From a virus (lineage: Duplodnaviria; Heunggongvirae; Uroviricota; Caudoviricetes), in the IMG/VR virus record IMGVR_UViG_2778261375_000003: DNA of 64,000 nt, one strand, 5' to 3'. The position numbers and the translations under genes are program-made. Positions 51,990 to 64,000 of the stretch are shown one piece after another; positions within the stretch are counted from its first letter, which is position 1; each line of letters opens with the position of its first letter. The notes beneath the pieces are model-generated. The model was not told the DNA's origin. It was given only the letters and a program-made list of their open reading frames with translations, and searched no databases.

Positions 51990-54900
51990 TTATGCGTATT
52001 GTTGGATGACGGCCAGAACGTCCGCCACGTTGTGTTTTGTCTCGATAATCCACCAGTTACCCGGGAAATCGCTGTTCTTTGCCTTCGCTGGCAGCCAGCG
52101 AGCGCCGAATTTCGCCTTGATTGCGTCTTTCGCACGGAAAAGAATGCCTTTCATGCCGGACGCCTCCTGAAGCCCAAATACCTCGCCAGCGGCGAATTTT
52201 GGTGCGTACATCATCTTCAGGTCGGCGGTGGATACGCGATAATTCAGACCAAGAGACTGAGCTATGCTGGTGGCATCACCCTGTATTGATGATAACTCTT
52301 CTTGTTTCTCGTTTCTGGCGGCAATTTCTTCCTCCGTGATGTTGCCAAGGGCCAGGTTTATCCGATCAGCGTCTGCCTGTTTCTCTTCATCGGTGCGCCC
52401 GGCAAGTACCGTGTTAATTCTGTGCAATATCTCCACATGATTCTTGCGCATGCTGAGCAATTCCGGCGTAACCTCGTTAAGGTCCACCAGCCCAAGGATG
52501 GCAAGGTCGGTAAACATTGATACCAGGTTGTAGGTCATGCGATAGCTGAGTTGCCCATAGGCTGATGGCAACTGCACCGCATCCATTTGATAGGCATCCA
52601 TAAATTTAGAGCCGTCGTTTACGACATCCGCAATTGCCGGTGTGATTTTCCCTGTGGTGGCGGCCTCCCTGATTGCTGTTACCCACGATTGAGTCAGCGC
52701 GGCGACTGCATGATTCAGATTGGCTTTCCGTTCTGCTGCAATGCGCGCGCTTGCTGCGTCCATTGCCTGCTTGATCTCGTCTTTATTGCTGTAAATGCCA
52801 ATGGTGCCAAACTGTGCTGTGGTGATCTCATAATCTGACGCCCGGAACTCATTGGTACCGAAAATGGCATTGGTGACTTCAAGTTCAGAATCCCCGTTAC
52901 GAGTAGCCCCCTGGCTTGTTTTCTCCGGCATTCTGGCGATCGCATCCGCTATTTTCTCCTGAATTGCTTCAGGGGATAGCGTATCTCCGTATGACGCGAT
53001 TACATCGCCATAATTGGAGCCAAACAGTTCAACCAGGAATGCTTCTGCCGAACGGATCTGGCGGTTATTCCCTTCCGACATCATACCAAGCACCCATTTT
53101 GCAATTGACGACTTCAGCGCGCCGTCACGGCGATCCGGGTAAACCGCATGCTTCAGTGGGTCCGTATAGGTACCAACAAAATCAATGCTATAGCCTGACT
53201 CTGTAGTCTGAACGCCGTATGAGTCAGTGATTTTGATCATGCCGCGCTGCTGGAAACGGTAGAAATCGTCACAGGAAACGATGTCGTTAATCCCGGCGAT
53301 GGAGACGCCACCACTGATTTTCTGCATAACAGCATCTTCATCGGGAGTTACATCAACCTGTTTATCCAGCGTCTTCACATCCCAGTTACCCGATTTGGTG
53401 CCTTTGAAGGTAAAGATGATCTCCACATCTGCGCGCTGGCTGTCGAAGTCCAGCGACTTAATGCGAACGATATCACCAGCACAATCATAGTATTGGCCTA
53501 CACGCCATGAGCGATCGCCGATAACAAGGAACTCACTCGCATGGTTAACCAGGTCAGGATCAACATCCAGAATGCCTTTATTTATTGCATCCTCCACCAG
53601 CGGGCGCAGGCGTTTGATATCCGTCGCGGCCTTCTGAGTACGGTTCAATAATTTCTCATAGCGGGAGATGGCTTGAGTGATATTAGCCTTGCGCTGAATG
53701 GCGCTTTTCAACGACGCGCGATACTGTGCTAACAACATACGGTCTGTGTGATGGACGCTACCCCAGCGGGCTTTCCAGTCTGCGTTATCAGCTGCTTTGG
53801 CCATTACCGCCTGTTTGAATTTAGCTACCTCGGCGGTGGTCTTTTCAAGTTCCGCTTTGCTTCGCTCTAATTCAGCGGTAAGTACCTCCACATCCTCGCC
53901 AGCTGCGTGCTGCGCCTTGATGTAGTTCTGAAGGTCGATAGTAGCCTGTTCTTTCTGGCGAGCGCGTTGCGCGGCTTTCGCCTTATCCATTTGAACCTGC
54001 ATCATTGCCAGACGTTCGCCATCATCCTTAGCGGTATACATCTGCATTTCGATCATATCGTTGGCGTCGGCGTTCTCCATTTCTGACTTATCTGAACGGA
54101 GGATATCGGAGATCCAGCCTGCTTTACGCTTCAGCGTCTTCAGTCGGTATTCATCGAAAGAACCCTTGCCGCAGTAGTAGTGAACGCGAACGCTTGCACG
54201 GTTGGAGCCAACTCGGGCACCGCGACCGTTTCGTTGCGCAATACTGGCTGGAGTCCATGGCAACGTCAGATGATGGATGTCAGTCGTTCCTCGATGCAGG
54301 TTGATACCCACCTCTGCCTTTTTGTTGCAGATGATGATCGGAGTCCGGCCCTCCTGGAAGTCGGCTGCAATCTTTTCCAGACCGCCCAACGACATTTCAT
54401 TTTGCTGCGCGATATAGGCGTCATACAGAGCCATTTGCTCGTTGTATTTCGCTATCTGTGCATCTGTTGGTTCATCCGGTAACTCTTTCGGCGGTTTAAC
54501 CGCTTTCAGTTTCTTACCGGTTTTACCTGCCTCGGCAACCGTCTGAGCATTCAGTATCCCCACCTTTGAAGGTTCAAGGTTAAGAGCATTGCAGATAATG
54601 CGCTTGAGCTTCTGGTGCTGCGTTTTTTCATCGGTGAAGATGATTTGCTTACCTTCCGGGAAAAACTCCTTCAGCGTGGCAATCAGCTTCGCGTATTTGG
54701 GCGTAACGGGGTGAGTTACGGTCTGTTCGTCAATGCCAAACCTGGCCAGGCGCTTATTCACTTCCTGCTCGAACGCTTCCGGAACCTGCAACTGAATAAA
54801 CTCGCCCTTATCTATCAGGGAGTATTGCGATTGCTGCGTGATTGAATCATCACTGTCGTCGTCTTCGCTGGTGGCTTGTTTAGGCAAACTGTCTGCCAGC

Positions 54901-57900
54901 TGCTGCACCGCATCGGCGTACTCCGGCAGGAAACGATAGGTGATCCGGCGATAGTACAGGTCCATGTCAGTACATACGCGGTCCATATCCCTGATTATTG
55001 AGAAGATCGGACGGGCTTTCTCGTGCTCAATCACGCCGTCTTCATTGACCGAGGTCGTTACACCATTGTTGGCTTTGGCCGCCGCTTCCGCCTGCTGACG
55101 CAATTCTTCATACGCCGCCAGTTGTTCTTCAGTAAGTGGTGCATCCTGCTGGTGTTCGTCCAGTTCCGGGATCTCCACGGTATCCTTAACGTCTTCCGCC
55201 GTTTTAAGCGTTGTCCAGCGATGGAATATGCCGCGCAGCGCATCAAGGTTTTCAAAACCCACCAGCGCCATTTTTTCTTCAACTTCGCCGCTGATTTTCT
55301 GTACCGTTTCCAGCCTGGTCTTGCCGAAGAATTTAACGAAGTCATCAGGACCGTAGATCCCCATCTTCTGCCAGTATTCCTTCGGCAGAACATGAGAAAG
55401 CATGTTGTATGCATCGATCGGGGTGTTAACGACTGGCGTTGCAGTCAGGAGAACCGGTCCACGCCCACCATTCTTTTTCATCAGGTACGCGTTTTTGATT
55501 GCCATATCTCGCGCCGATTGCGCCACCGCGCTGGTGGGCAGATAGGCCAGCTGTGACGCTTCGCGACCATTTTTATAGCTATTGCGGTAGTTGTGGCCTT
55601 CGTCAGCAATCACGCTGTCGAAGCCCATATCCTCAAAGTACGGATACTTCTCTGCTTTTTCGGTACCGGTATCTGAATACTCCGACAATACCCGGCGACG
55701 CGCCGCCTCTTTGCGATGGGAATCGGAGTCCATTGCGCTGGCCACACGCCCGGCAGCAACGAAGTCATAAAGCATGTCTTGTGCATGCTCATCTACGGTG
55801 TCATCACGTAGCGGAATGCGGGCGTATTGTTCTTTGGTAAACACGACTGCACGGTAGTTTGAGTGCGGGATCGCGTTCATCCGCGCCGTGATAGTGGCTT
55901 CATCTGCCAGCTTAAGAGCATCGCGCATAACTGGAGTGCCATCAGTACCAAGAACAGGTTTACCGTTCTCATTGAGCACCGGCACCTGGCGAATCTGATC
56001 GCCATCCATCAGCACATCAAGACCGACGAACAAGTAGTTACTGAATGCCTCTTCACTCAGGAATTCTTTTGCTTCGTAATACCAATTTTCCAGCACTGAT
56101 TTAGGCACTACATACGCAGTACGGGTAGAGCGACCGTTCTCATAGTTGAACGCCTCAAGCGCCAGCGCGGTCGTGGTTTTACCCAGCCCGGTGCCGAAGC
56201 CCAGGATGCCGCGCCCATCTTCGGACAGTCGGCGCACCTCGCTATTCTGGTAATCAAATGGCTGGCGCTTACCGCTTAATCCCTTCAACCCAAGCGGATC
56301 GCCAGAGTGTTCATACGGGATATTGCTATTGAACACATCGTTGTATTTGGCAACCAGCTCATCGTAGCGATCGTGCGTCTTGATCCACTTATTGAACTGG
56401 TCCTCAAGCAGTGCCATCTGCTCGCGGTAGCCGTTCGCCGTCGCGCTATCTTTGCCACCGATACGCGCACCATTGAGATACTTTTCCAGCTGTGCCGGGA
56501 ACCCGGTCGCGTTTTCACCCGATTTACGGTCCCACTCGTAGCGGATCTCGCCTGTTTCTTTATCCTTGCGCTGGACGACACCGTATCGGTGCCCGACGAA
56601 CAGACCATCACCACCGTGATAGGTGTCAGAAACCATTTCGTCGCCTTCCAGCTGCACTGACTGCACATAGCGCAGATCCGGATAGCCGTTTTCCTGCAAA
56701 AATTCCAGAATGACGGAGCGGTCGAACCAACGGCTATTGAGCTTAAAGCGAATATTCTCTGCTGACGTCTTGATGCGCTTCTCTTCGATCGCTGCCAGCT
56801 GATTAAGGACGTTGTTCTTTACTGGACCGTCGGGGAGTGTGGCAAGAAATTCCTGTTTTGGAGCCACTATCTCGTTAATGTCGCCGCTGGTGGCGCGGGC
56901 GAACGGAACAATCCCGCCATACGGTGAAACCGCAATACCAGGGGTGCTGGCCAATAAATTAAGCAACTCTTCATCACTGGCTGGCAGTTCGCCGGTAAAC
57001 GCAAAGCGGAAATCATCGAGCTGGATTGGATCGCGGGTAAGATCGCTATAGAGATAACGCAGGGTGTCCTGATAGCTGGTGGAGTCATAACTGGCGCTGG
57101 AATCATGCGTAACCAGCTTTCCTGTCAGCTCGTCAGAAATAGTGCCATCCAGCTTAATCGCACCACGGAAAGCAAACCAGGCGCGCGCACCGCTCCCCGA
57201 CAATTTCGCTATCGGACCGCGACCGGGGTTACCAAAACGGTCAATCTCTGCCTGCAAACGGGATACCAGAGAAAGGCGCTGCTGTTCGATTTGTTCAGCA
57301 CTATGCCCGGCGGCCTTCATGTCCTGATATTCAATTAACATCCGGCCAATCATCGCCCCGCGATACAAGCGTTCACGGTATTTTTCAGGCTGGCTGTTAA
57401 TCCAGTCCACCAGCTGCACCATATCGTCGCTGATTGATGTGGTGTACTTATCGCGGACATTTGCCATCTGGGTAAATGTCATGCCGAGACGGCCTTCTGT
57501 TGTAGTCAGGTTACGCTGAAGAGCCTCCCAGCTATCCGCGCCATAACTGGCAGCATCGATCTTAAGTTCCTTCCCGGCATCAGCTTCAATCCAGCGACCA
57601 CCAGCATATTTTTGCCATACGCCATTAATCAGGCGCATTTCCCCTTCACCAACAACGTCTGCGGTCGGTGACGGTTCAGCCATATCGAGCAAAGACCAGT
57701 CGATACGGCTTTCGAAACGATGAATCAGCTTCGCTTTAAGAGCCTGGTTATCAATCTGACCGTCGGCACGAACCTCAATACGCCCCTGGAAGCCCTTTTC
57801 CTGGGTGCCATGAACAAACCGGCGGCCGTCCTTTTCAAACCACTTGCCAGAAATAAACGTTGGCCAAAGCACATTTGCCGATTCGAGAGTGCTTTCATCC

Positions 57901-58757
57901 ACCAGGGGGATTTTCTCAGCCATCTCTGCCGGATGTTTGCGCATCAGCACCACATCTACGACCGTACTGGTCCCGTTAGCGTCAAAAGTACCGGTAGGCA
58001 AGCGGTGGGCACCAAGAAATTCAGCTTTCCGTGATAGGCGCAGGCGTAACCGCTTCATGTTTGAACCTGAAACAATGGACGGCGGCACAATCACGCACAT
58101 GAATCCGCCTGGCTTTATCTTGTCCAGCATGCGGAGCATGAAGTAAGAACCCATGTCCGTTTCTTCTGCGTAAGGCTTATCGATGTTGCGTGTGTTATCA
58201 CGACCACCGAACGGAACGTTACCCACAACATGGTCGAATGAATCGTTAGGCGTGCTTACAGCCAGTTGTTCGAACGGAGAAATCTGTACGCTGTCTTCCG
58301 GGTGCAACAGCTGGTTTATACGACCGGAAACACTGCTGATCTCAGTCGCGGTCATCACCGTACCAACCGGTTTTGTCTCATTAAAAACGCCGGTTCCCGC
58401 CGATGGTTCCAGAGTGTTACCTACGTCCGCGCCGTAGAGCTTCATGATCTCCCAGACACCTTCAGCGATCGGCTTTGGTGTGTAATATTCGGAGACGGAC
58501 CCGCCAATGCCGCCTTCGCCGGTGTACCCAGCCAGGATCTGGCGCTGTTCATCTGTCAGTGTCGCGCCGTCCACCAGCGAATTAAGCAAATCTATCGCCT
58601 TCTGATTCGCCTCCCGGCGTAGTCGGTCATAGCTTTTGCCTTCCACCTTTTCCACGCCGTATCTAATCGGCGCTCGGTGAGATGTTATTGCCCTAATGTA
58701 TTTCAATATTTCGCTGACACTTGAACAGCGAAACACCCCTATAGATAGCTTGTTCAT
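51990..58757 (-). CDS. darB: DarB defence-against-restriction protein (methyltransferase plus helicase domains)
   Basis: 2255 aa; N-terminal MTase-like motif GNVPFGGR; helicase Walker A GTGLGKTTTAL and DEGH box VIADEGHNYRN; size matches P1 DarB. Confidence 0.9.
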   Translation of the reverse strand: MNKLSIGVFRCSSVSEILKYIRAITSHRAPIRYGVEKVEGKSYDRLRREANQKAIDLLNSLVDGATLTDEQRQILAGYTGEGGIGGSVSEYYTPKPIAEGVWEIMKLYGADVGNTLEPSAGTGVFNETKPVGTVMTATEISSVSGRINQLLHPEDSVQISPFEQLAVSTPNDSFDHVVGNVPFGGRDNTRNIDKPYAEETDMGSYFMLRMLDKIKPGGFMCVIVPPSIVSGSNMKRLRLRLSRKAEFLGAHRLPTGTFDANGTSTVVDVVLMRKHPAEMAEKIPLVDESTLESANVLWPTFISGKWFEKDGRRFVHGTQEKGFQGRIEVRADGQIDNQALKAKLIHRFESRIDWSLLDMAEPSPTADVVGEGEMRLINGVWQKYAGGRWIEADAGKELKIDAASYGADSWEALQRNLTTTEGRLGMTFTQMANVRDKYTTSISDDMVQLVDWINSQPEKYRERLYRGAMIGRMLIEYQDMKAAGHSAEQIEQQRLSLVSRLQAEIDRFGNPGRGPIAKLSGSGARAWFAFRGAIKLDGTISDELTGKLVTHDSSASYDSTSYQDTLRYLYSDLTRDPIQLDDFRFAFTGELPASDEELLNLLASTPGIAVSPYGGIVPFARATSGDINEIVAPKQEFLATLPDGPVKNNVLNQLAAIEEKRIKTSAENIRFKLNSRWFDRSVILEFLQENGYPDLRYVQSVQLEGDEMVSDTYHGGDGLFVGHRYGVVQRKDKETGEIRYEWDRKSGENATGFPAQLEKYLNGARIGGKDSATANGYREQMALLEDQFNKWIKTHDRYDELVAKYNDVFNSNIPYEHSGDPLGLKGLSGKRQPFDYQNSEVRRLSEDGRGILGFGTGLGKTTTALALEAFNYENGRSTRTAYVVPKSVLENWYYEAKEFLSEEAFSNYLFVGLDVLMDGDQIRQVPVLNENGKPVLGTDGTPVMRDALKLADEATITARMNAIPHSNYRAVVFTKEQYARIPLRDDTVDEHAQDMLYDFVAAGRVASAMDSDSHRKEAARRRVLSEYSDTGTEKAEKYPYFEDMGFDSVIADEGHNYRNSYKNGREASQLAYLPTSAVAQSARDMAIKNAYLMKKNGGRGPVLLTATPVVNTPIDAYNMLSHVLPKEYWQKMGIYGPDDFVKFFGKTRLETVQKISGEVEEKMALVGFENLDALRGIFHRWTTLKTAEDVKDTVEIPELDEHQQDAPLTEEQLAAYEELRQQAEAAAKANNGVTTSVNEDGVIEHEKARPIFSIIRDMDRVCTDMDLYYRRITYRFLPEYADAVQQLADSLPKQATSEDDDSDDSITQQSQYSLIDKGEFIQLQVPEAFEQEVNKRLARFGIDEQTVTHPVTPKYAKLIATLKEFFPEGKQIIFTDEKTQHQKLKRIICNALNLEPSKVGILNAQTVAEAGKTGKKLKAVKPPKELPDEPTDAQIAKYNEQMALYDAYIAQQNEMSLGGLEKIAADFQEGRTPIIICNKKAEVGINLHRGTTDIHHLTLPWTPASIAQRNGRGARVGSNRASVRVHYYCGKGSFDEYRLKTLKRKAGWISDILRSDKSEMENADANDMIEMQMYTAKDDGERLAMMQVQMDKAKAAQRARQKEQATIDLQNYIKAQHAAGEDVEVLTAELERSKAELEKTTAEVAKFKQAVMAKAADNADWKARWGSVHHTDRMLLAQYRASLKSAIQRKANITQAISRYEKLLNRTQKAATDIKRLRPLVEDAINKGILDVDPDLVNHASEFLVIGDRSWRVGQYYDCAGDIVRIKSLDFDSQRADVEIIFTFKGTKSGNWDVKTLDKQVDVTPDEDAVMQKISGGVSIAGINDIVSCDDFYRFQQRGMIKITDSYGVQTTESGYSIDFVGTYTDPLKHAVYPDRRDGALKSSIAKWVLGMMSEGNNRQIRSAEAFLVELFGSNYGDVIASYGDTLSPEAIQEKIADAIARMPEKTSQGATRNGDSELEVTNAIFGTNEFRASDYEITTAQFGTIGIYSNKDEIKQAMDAASARIAAERKANLNHAVAALTQSWVTAIREAATTGKITPAIADVVNDGSKFMDAYQMDAVQLPSAYGQLSYRMTYNLVSMFTDLAILGLVDLNEVTPELLSMRKNHVEILHRINTVLAGRTDEEKQADADRINLALGNITEEEIAARNEKQEELSSIQGDATSIAQSLGLNYRVSTADLKMMYAPKFAAGEVFGLQEASGMKGILFRAKDAIKAKFGARWLPAKAKNSDFPGNWWIIETKHNVADVLAVIQQYA

Positions 58758-58823
58758 TGGTAATCCTTAACAAGTGACTAGTGTTAAATTCCGTTCAAAC
58801 ACGATGCGAATTATTCTAATTAA

Positions 58824-61554
<2,731 letters not shown>

Positions 61555-61567
61555 CCACCAAAAATAA

Positions 61568-61585
61568 CCCCGGCAGCTGCCGGGG
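61568..61585. terminator. Bidirectional terminator between pro and lyz
   Basis: CCCCGGCAG-CTGCCGGGG hairpin followed by TTCTCGTT. Confidence 0.6.
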
Positions 61586-61845
61586 TTCTCGTTAACTATT
61601 ATCACCTTCGCCTGCGTGCCATATATTTGCGCACCGCGCGGCCTGGACAATCTGAAGCTGTTTCTTTCTGCTGCATCAATCTCGCAGCCATGCTCAAAAA
61701 TGTCAGGCACAGCCGAAGCCCGGCATACAATAGCGGTTCCAGTGGCCACGTCTCATTGAGCACATATACCGCCATGAAAATCGAGTCAAAAACTATCGCC
61801 GCCAGCGATAACTTCATTGTCGAAAGTCGGCGGAGCTGCCGGAGT

Positions 61846-62403
61846 TTATTCATTGACAAGCCCCGTCAGGCAAAGCTGGCGTTCTTTTTCACGGCGAATC
61901 TTTAAACCTCGCAGGGGCACGCCGTTACTGTTCACGAAATCAGGGAGATGGTTACACATATTCACCCATTCCCCTTTCTGCGCCCACTTGTGGATGGACG
62001 TTTCTACTCGCATGCCTCGCGCTTTGCTGTAGTAGGTCCGTAAGCTATTGCATCCCATATTGAATGCCGCGCTTGTCATTGCACTGAAGGCATTATCGGG
62101 CATGTCTTTGCCCCGGAAGTGCTGATTAATACAGCGTTCAGCGATCAGGATATTCTTTTCCCAATCAGCGGCGATTTGCTGGTCGGTTTTTCGCACACCC
62201 GGCGTTACCCCGTGTGTATTACCGATCCCGTCAGTCCATACCCCCGCCGGGCACATGTATGGATCACGTCGGCAACCTTCAGCGTTACCAATCAGCTCAA
62301 GCCCCGCCTGGTTGGTTCGCACATTGCCATTACCCATCACGATGGTAATCATCACCGCGATAGCGCAAATTGCACCGCCTCCTGCGGCTGTTTTTCCCTT
62401 CAT
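61846..62403 (-). CDS. lyz: Endolysin (lysozyme) with N-terminal signal-anchor-release-like segment
   Basis: 185 aa from MKGKTAAGGGAICAIAVMITIVMG (start after GAGG); hydrophobic N-terminus then a lysozyme-like body. Confidence 0.8.
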   Translation of the reverse strand: MKGKTAAGGGAICAIAVMITIVMGNGNVRTNQAGLELIGNAEGCRRDPYMCPAGVWTDGIGNTHGVTPGVRKTDQQIAADWEKNILIAERCINQHFRGKDMPDNAFSAMTSAAFNMGCNSLRTYYSKARGMRVETSIHKWAQKGEWVNMCNHLPDFVNSNGVPLRGLKIRREKERQLCLTGLVNE

Positions 62404-62536
62404 AAAGACCTCATAAGCGAATTTTTTACGCTCCAGGACAAACACCCATTCACAGCCAATACCGACTGACTCGATCCCTTTAGAAGGCACAGGATAATGC
62501 AAATCACTTGTTAGCTACGTTTCAAAGATATACATT

Positions 62537-62553
62537 ATTGCTCTAATTAATTT
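62537..62553 (+). promoter_or_regulatory. C1-operator-like motif upstream of ssb
   Basis: ATTGCTCTAATTAATTT, 20 nt before the ssb start. Confidence 0.55.
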
Positions 62554-62572
62554 ATTTTATTAGGTAAGATAA

Positions 62573-63061
62573 GTGGCACAACGCGGTGTAAACAAAGTCA
62601 TCCTGATTGGTACCCTGGGGCAAGACCCGGAGATCAGGTATATACCAAATGGCGGAGCGGTCGGAAGACTCAGCATCGCAACGAATGAATCATGGCGCGA
62701 CAAGCAAACGGGCCAACAGAAAGAGCAAACAGAATGGCATAAAGTCGTTTTGTTCGGAAAACTTGCTGAAATTGCGAGTGAGTATTTACGAAAAGGTTCT
62801 CAGGTCTACATCGAAGGGAAACTTAAAACCCGTAAGTGGACAGATGACGCCGGTGTAGAACGTTACACGACGGAAATTATCGTCAGCCAGGGCGGCACCA
62901 TGCAAATGATCGGCGCTCGCCGCGACGATTCACAATTCTCAAATGGCTGGGGGCAGTCAAACCAACCTCAAAACCACCAGCAATACAGCGGTGGCAGTAA
63001 ACCTCAGAGCAACGCCAATAGCGAACCTCCAATGGACTTTGAAGACGATATTCCATTTTGA
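62573..63061 (+). CDS. ssb: Single-stranded DNA-binding protein
   Basis: 162 aa, GTG start; OB-fold core and acidic C-terminal tail ending DDIPF. Confidence 0.9.
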   Translation: MAQRGVNKVILIGTLGQDPEIRYIPNGGAVGRLSIATNESWRDKQTGQQKEQTEWHKVVLFGKLAEIASEYLRKGSQVYIEGKLKTRKWTDDAGVERYTTEIIVSQGGTMQMIGARRDDSQFSNGWGQSNQPQNHQQYSGGSKPQSNANSEPPMDFEDDIPF

Positions 63062-63195
63062 GAGGGCTGAAAGTTGCTCGATTACTTAAAAATAACTTTA
63101 CCTAATTGGTGTAAAAAAATGGGCGCAACAAAGCGCCCCAACAATAGAGTTTCAAATTAATAAAAAGGTAATAAATAACATGAAGTTAAATTGAG

Positions 63196-63290
63196 AAGAG
63201 GCAATTTTATTGCCTCTTCAAAGGTGGCATGAGGGTGCCACCTATATGCGGGCAGTGACATCACTCCCTTCCCGCATATTCTTACCTACC
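63196..63290 (-). terminator. Cluster of three hairpins downstream of the porin gene
   Basis: GAAGAGGCAAT/ATTGCCTCTTC, GGTGGCA/TGCCACC and ATATGCGGG/CCCGCATAT stems. Confidence 0.4.
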
Positions 63291-63294
63291 AAAA

Positions 63295-64000
63295 TTAGAA
63301 TTGGTAGGTCATACCAACAGCAACGATGTTGTCGGTTGCAACCTCAGATCTTTTGGTAAATTCACTTTCATCAATCAGGTTGATCTTGTAGTCAACGAAA
63401 GCGGACATATTTTTGTTGAAGTAATAAGTCGCACCCAAGTCGATGTATTCAACCAGATCCTGGCTGCCGAACGCACCAATATTTTCACCGCGAGAGTGCA
63501 GATAAGCGATGGACGGACGCAGGCCGAAATCAAACTGGTATTGAGCAACAGCTTCAAAGTTTTTCGCCTTGTTCGCGATAAAGTCATCACCGAAGACAGT
63601 CATATTCTGAGTTTCAGAATAAGTTGCAGCCAGGTAAATGTTATTTGCGTCATATTTCAGGCCAGTAGCCCATACTTCAGCAGTTTTACCAGAAGCATTC
63701 AGAGGATCCTTTTTAGCATAGGATACCTGCCCATCAGTACGATCAGATTTTGCATAGGTTGCACCAACGCCAAATCCTTCATAATCGTAAGTAGCAGACA
63801 GACCAAAGCCATCACCATTAGATTCAACTACGTCACGGCCTTTCCAGTTGTTCACTTTTGCAGCACTATCATTTTTACCTTGATACTGCAAAGCAAAGTT
63901 CAGACCATCAACCAGGCCGAAGAAATCATTGTTACGGTAGGTGGCTACGCCAGTAGCACGCTGGGTCATAAATACATCGGTCTGAGTCCAGGTATCTCCA
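63295..64000 (-). CDS. OmpC/PhoE-family outer-membrane porin, C-terminal ~234 codons; 5' end beyond the window
   Basis: Frame is open to the window edge; [26 protein letters not shown] ... [12 protein letters not shown] ... [16 protein letters not shown] ... [17 protein letters not shown] ... [11 protein letters not shown], ending in the porin C-terminal F. Confidence 0.8.
   Translation of the reverse strand, partial: GDTWTQTDVFMTQRATGVATYRNNDFFGLVDGLNFALQYQGKNDSAAKVNNWKGRDVVESNGDGFGLSATYDYEGFGVGATYAKSDRTDGQVSYAKKDPLNASGKTAEVWATGLKYDANNIYLAATYSETQNMTVFGDDFIANKAKNFEAVAQYQFDFGLRPSIAYLHSRGENIGAFGSQDLVEYIDLGATYYFNKNMSAFVDYKINLIDESEFTKRSEVATDNIVAVGMTYQF

Noticed and set aside
51990-58757. Numerous 60-180-aa ORFs on both strands inside darB (e.g. 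55023..55556, 56285..56668, 58266..58622)
   Set aside because: Fully contained within the 2255-aa DarB frame, which has clear methyltransferase and helicase motifs; alternative-frame artefacts.
63062-63300. IS1 or other insertion sequence expected near ssb in P1
   Set aside because: No transposase ORF or terminal inverted repeats are visible in the window; the interval holds only hairpins and the porin 3' end.

Overview
This window reads as roughly two thirds of a P1-like plasmid-prophage (phage-plasmid) from an enterobacterial host, not a chromosomal segment. The P1 backbone is recognisable in P1 order: partial late gene, parS, parB, parA, incA-like iterons, repA, oriR (iterons, five GATC sites, DnaA box), a spanin-like pair, an rdgC homologue, dmt (fused C5-cytosine and Dam-like methyltransferase), tRNA-Asn, tRNA-Thr, tRNA-Ile2, ban (DnaB-like helicase), a baseplate/morphogenesis block, ppp phosphatase, pap, a LexA box with humD-phd-doc, lpa, pacA carrying the pac site, pacB, c1, coi, an exact loxP, cre, ref, mat, lxc, ulx, darB (2255 aa), prt, pro, lyz and ssb. 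At least 14 copies of a 17-bp C1-operator-like motif (ATTGCTCTAATAAATTT and variants) sit in front of or between these units. Against that backbone, several loci look like cargo or rearrangement: (1) a single AT-rich gene for a 346-aa DUF2971-like protein, bracketed by hairpins, where P1 carries its res-mod restriction module, which is the best candidate for an undescribed defence gene; (2) a T5orf172 (GIY-YIG-like) gene with its own terminator between the incA-like iterons and the parA promoter; (3) an array of four related stem-loop elements with no credible ORF between tRNA-Thr and tRNA-Ile2; (4) an immI-like unit (operator, structured leader, 73-aa icd-like ORF, Ant-like protein) between pacB and c1; (5) a porin gene fragment after ssb at the right edge; (6) iterons that do not match my recollection of P1 iterons. 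All homology statements are from reading the translations and recall of P1; nothing was searched or computed.
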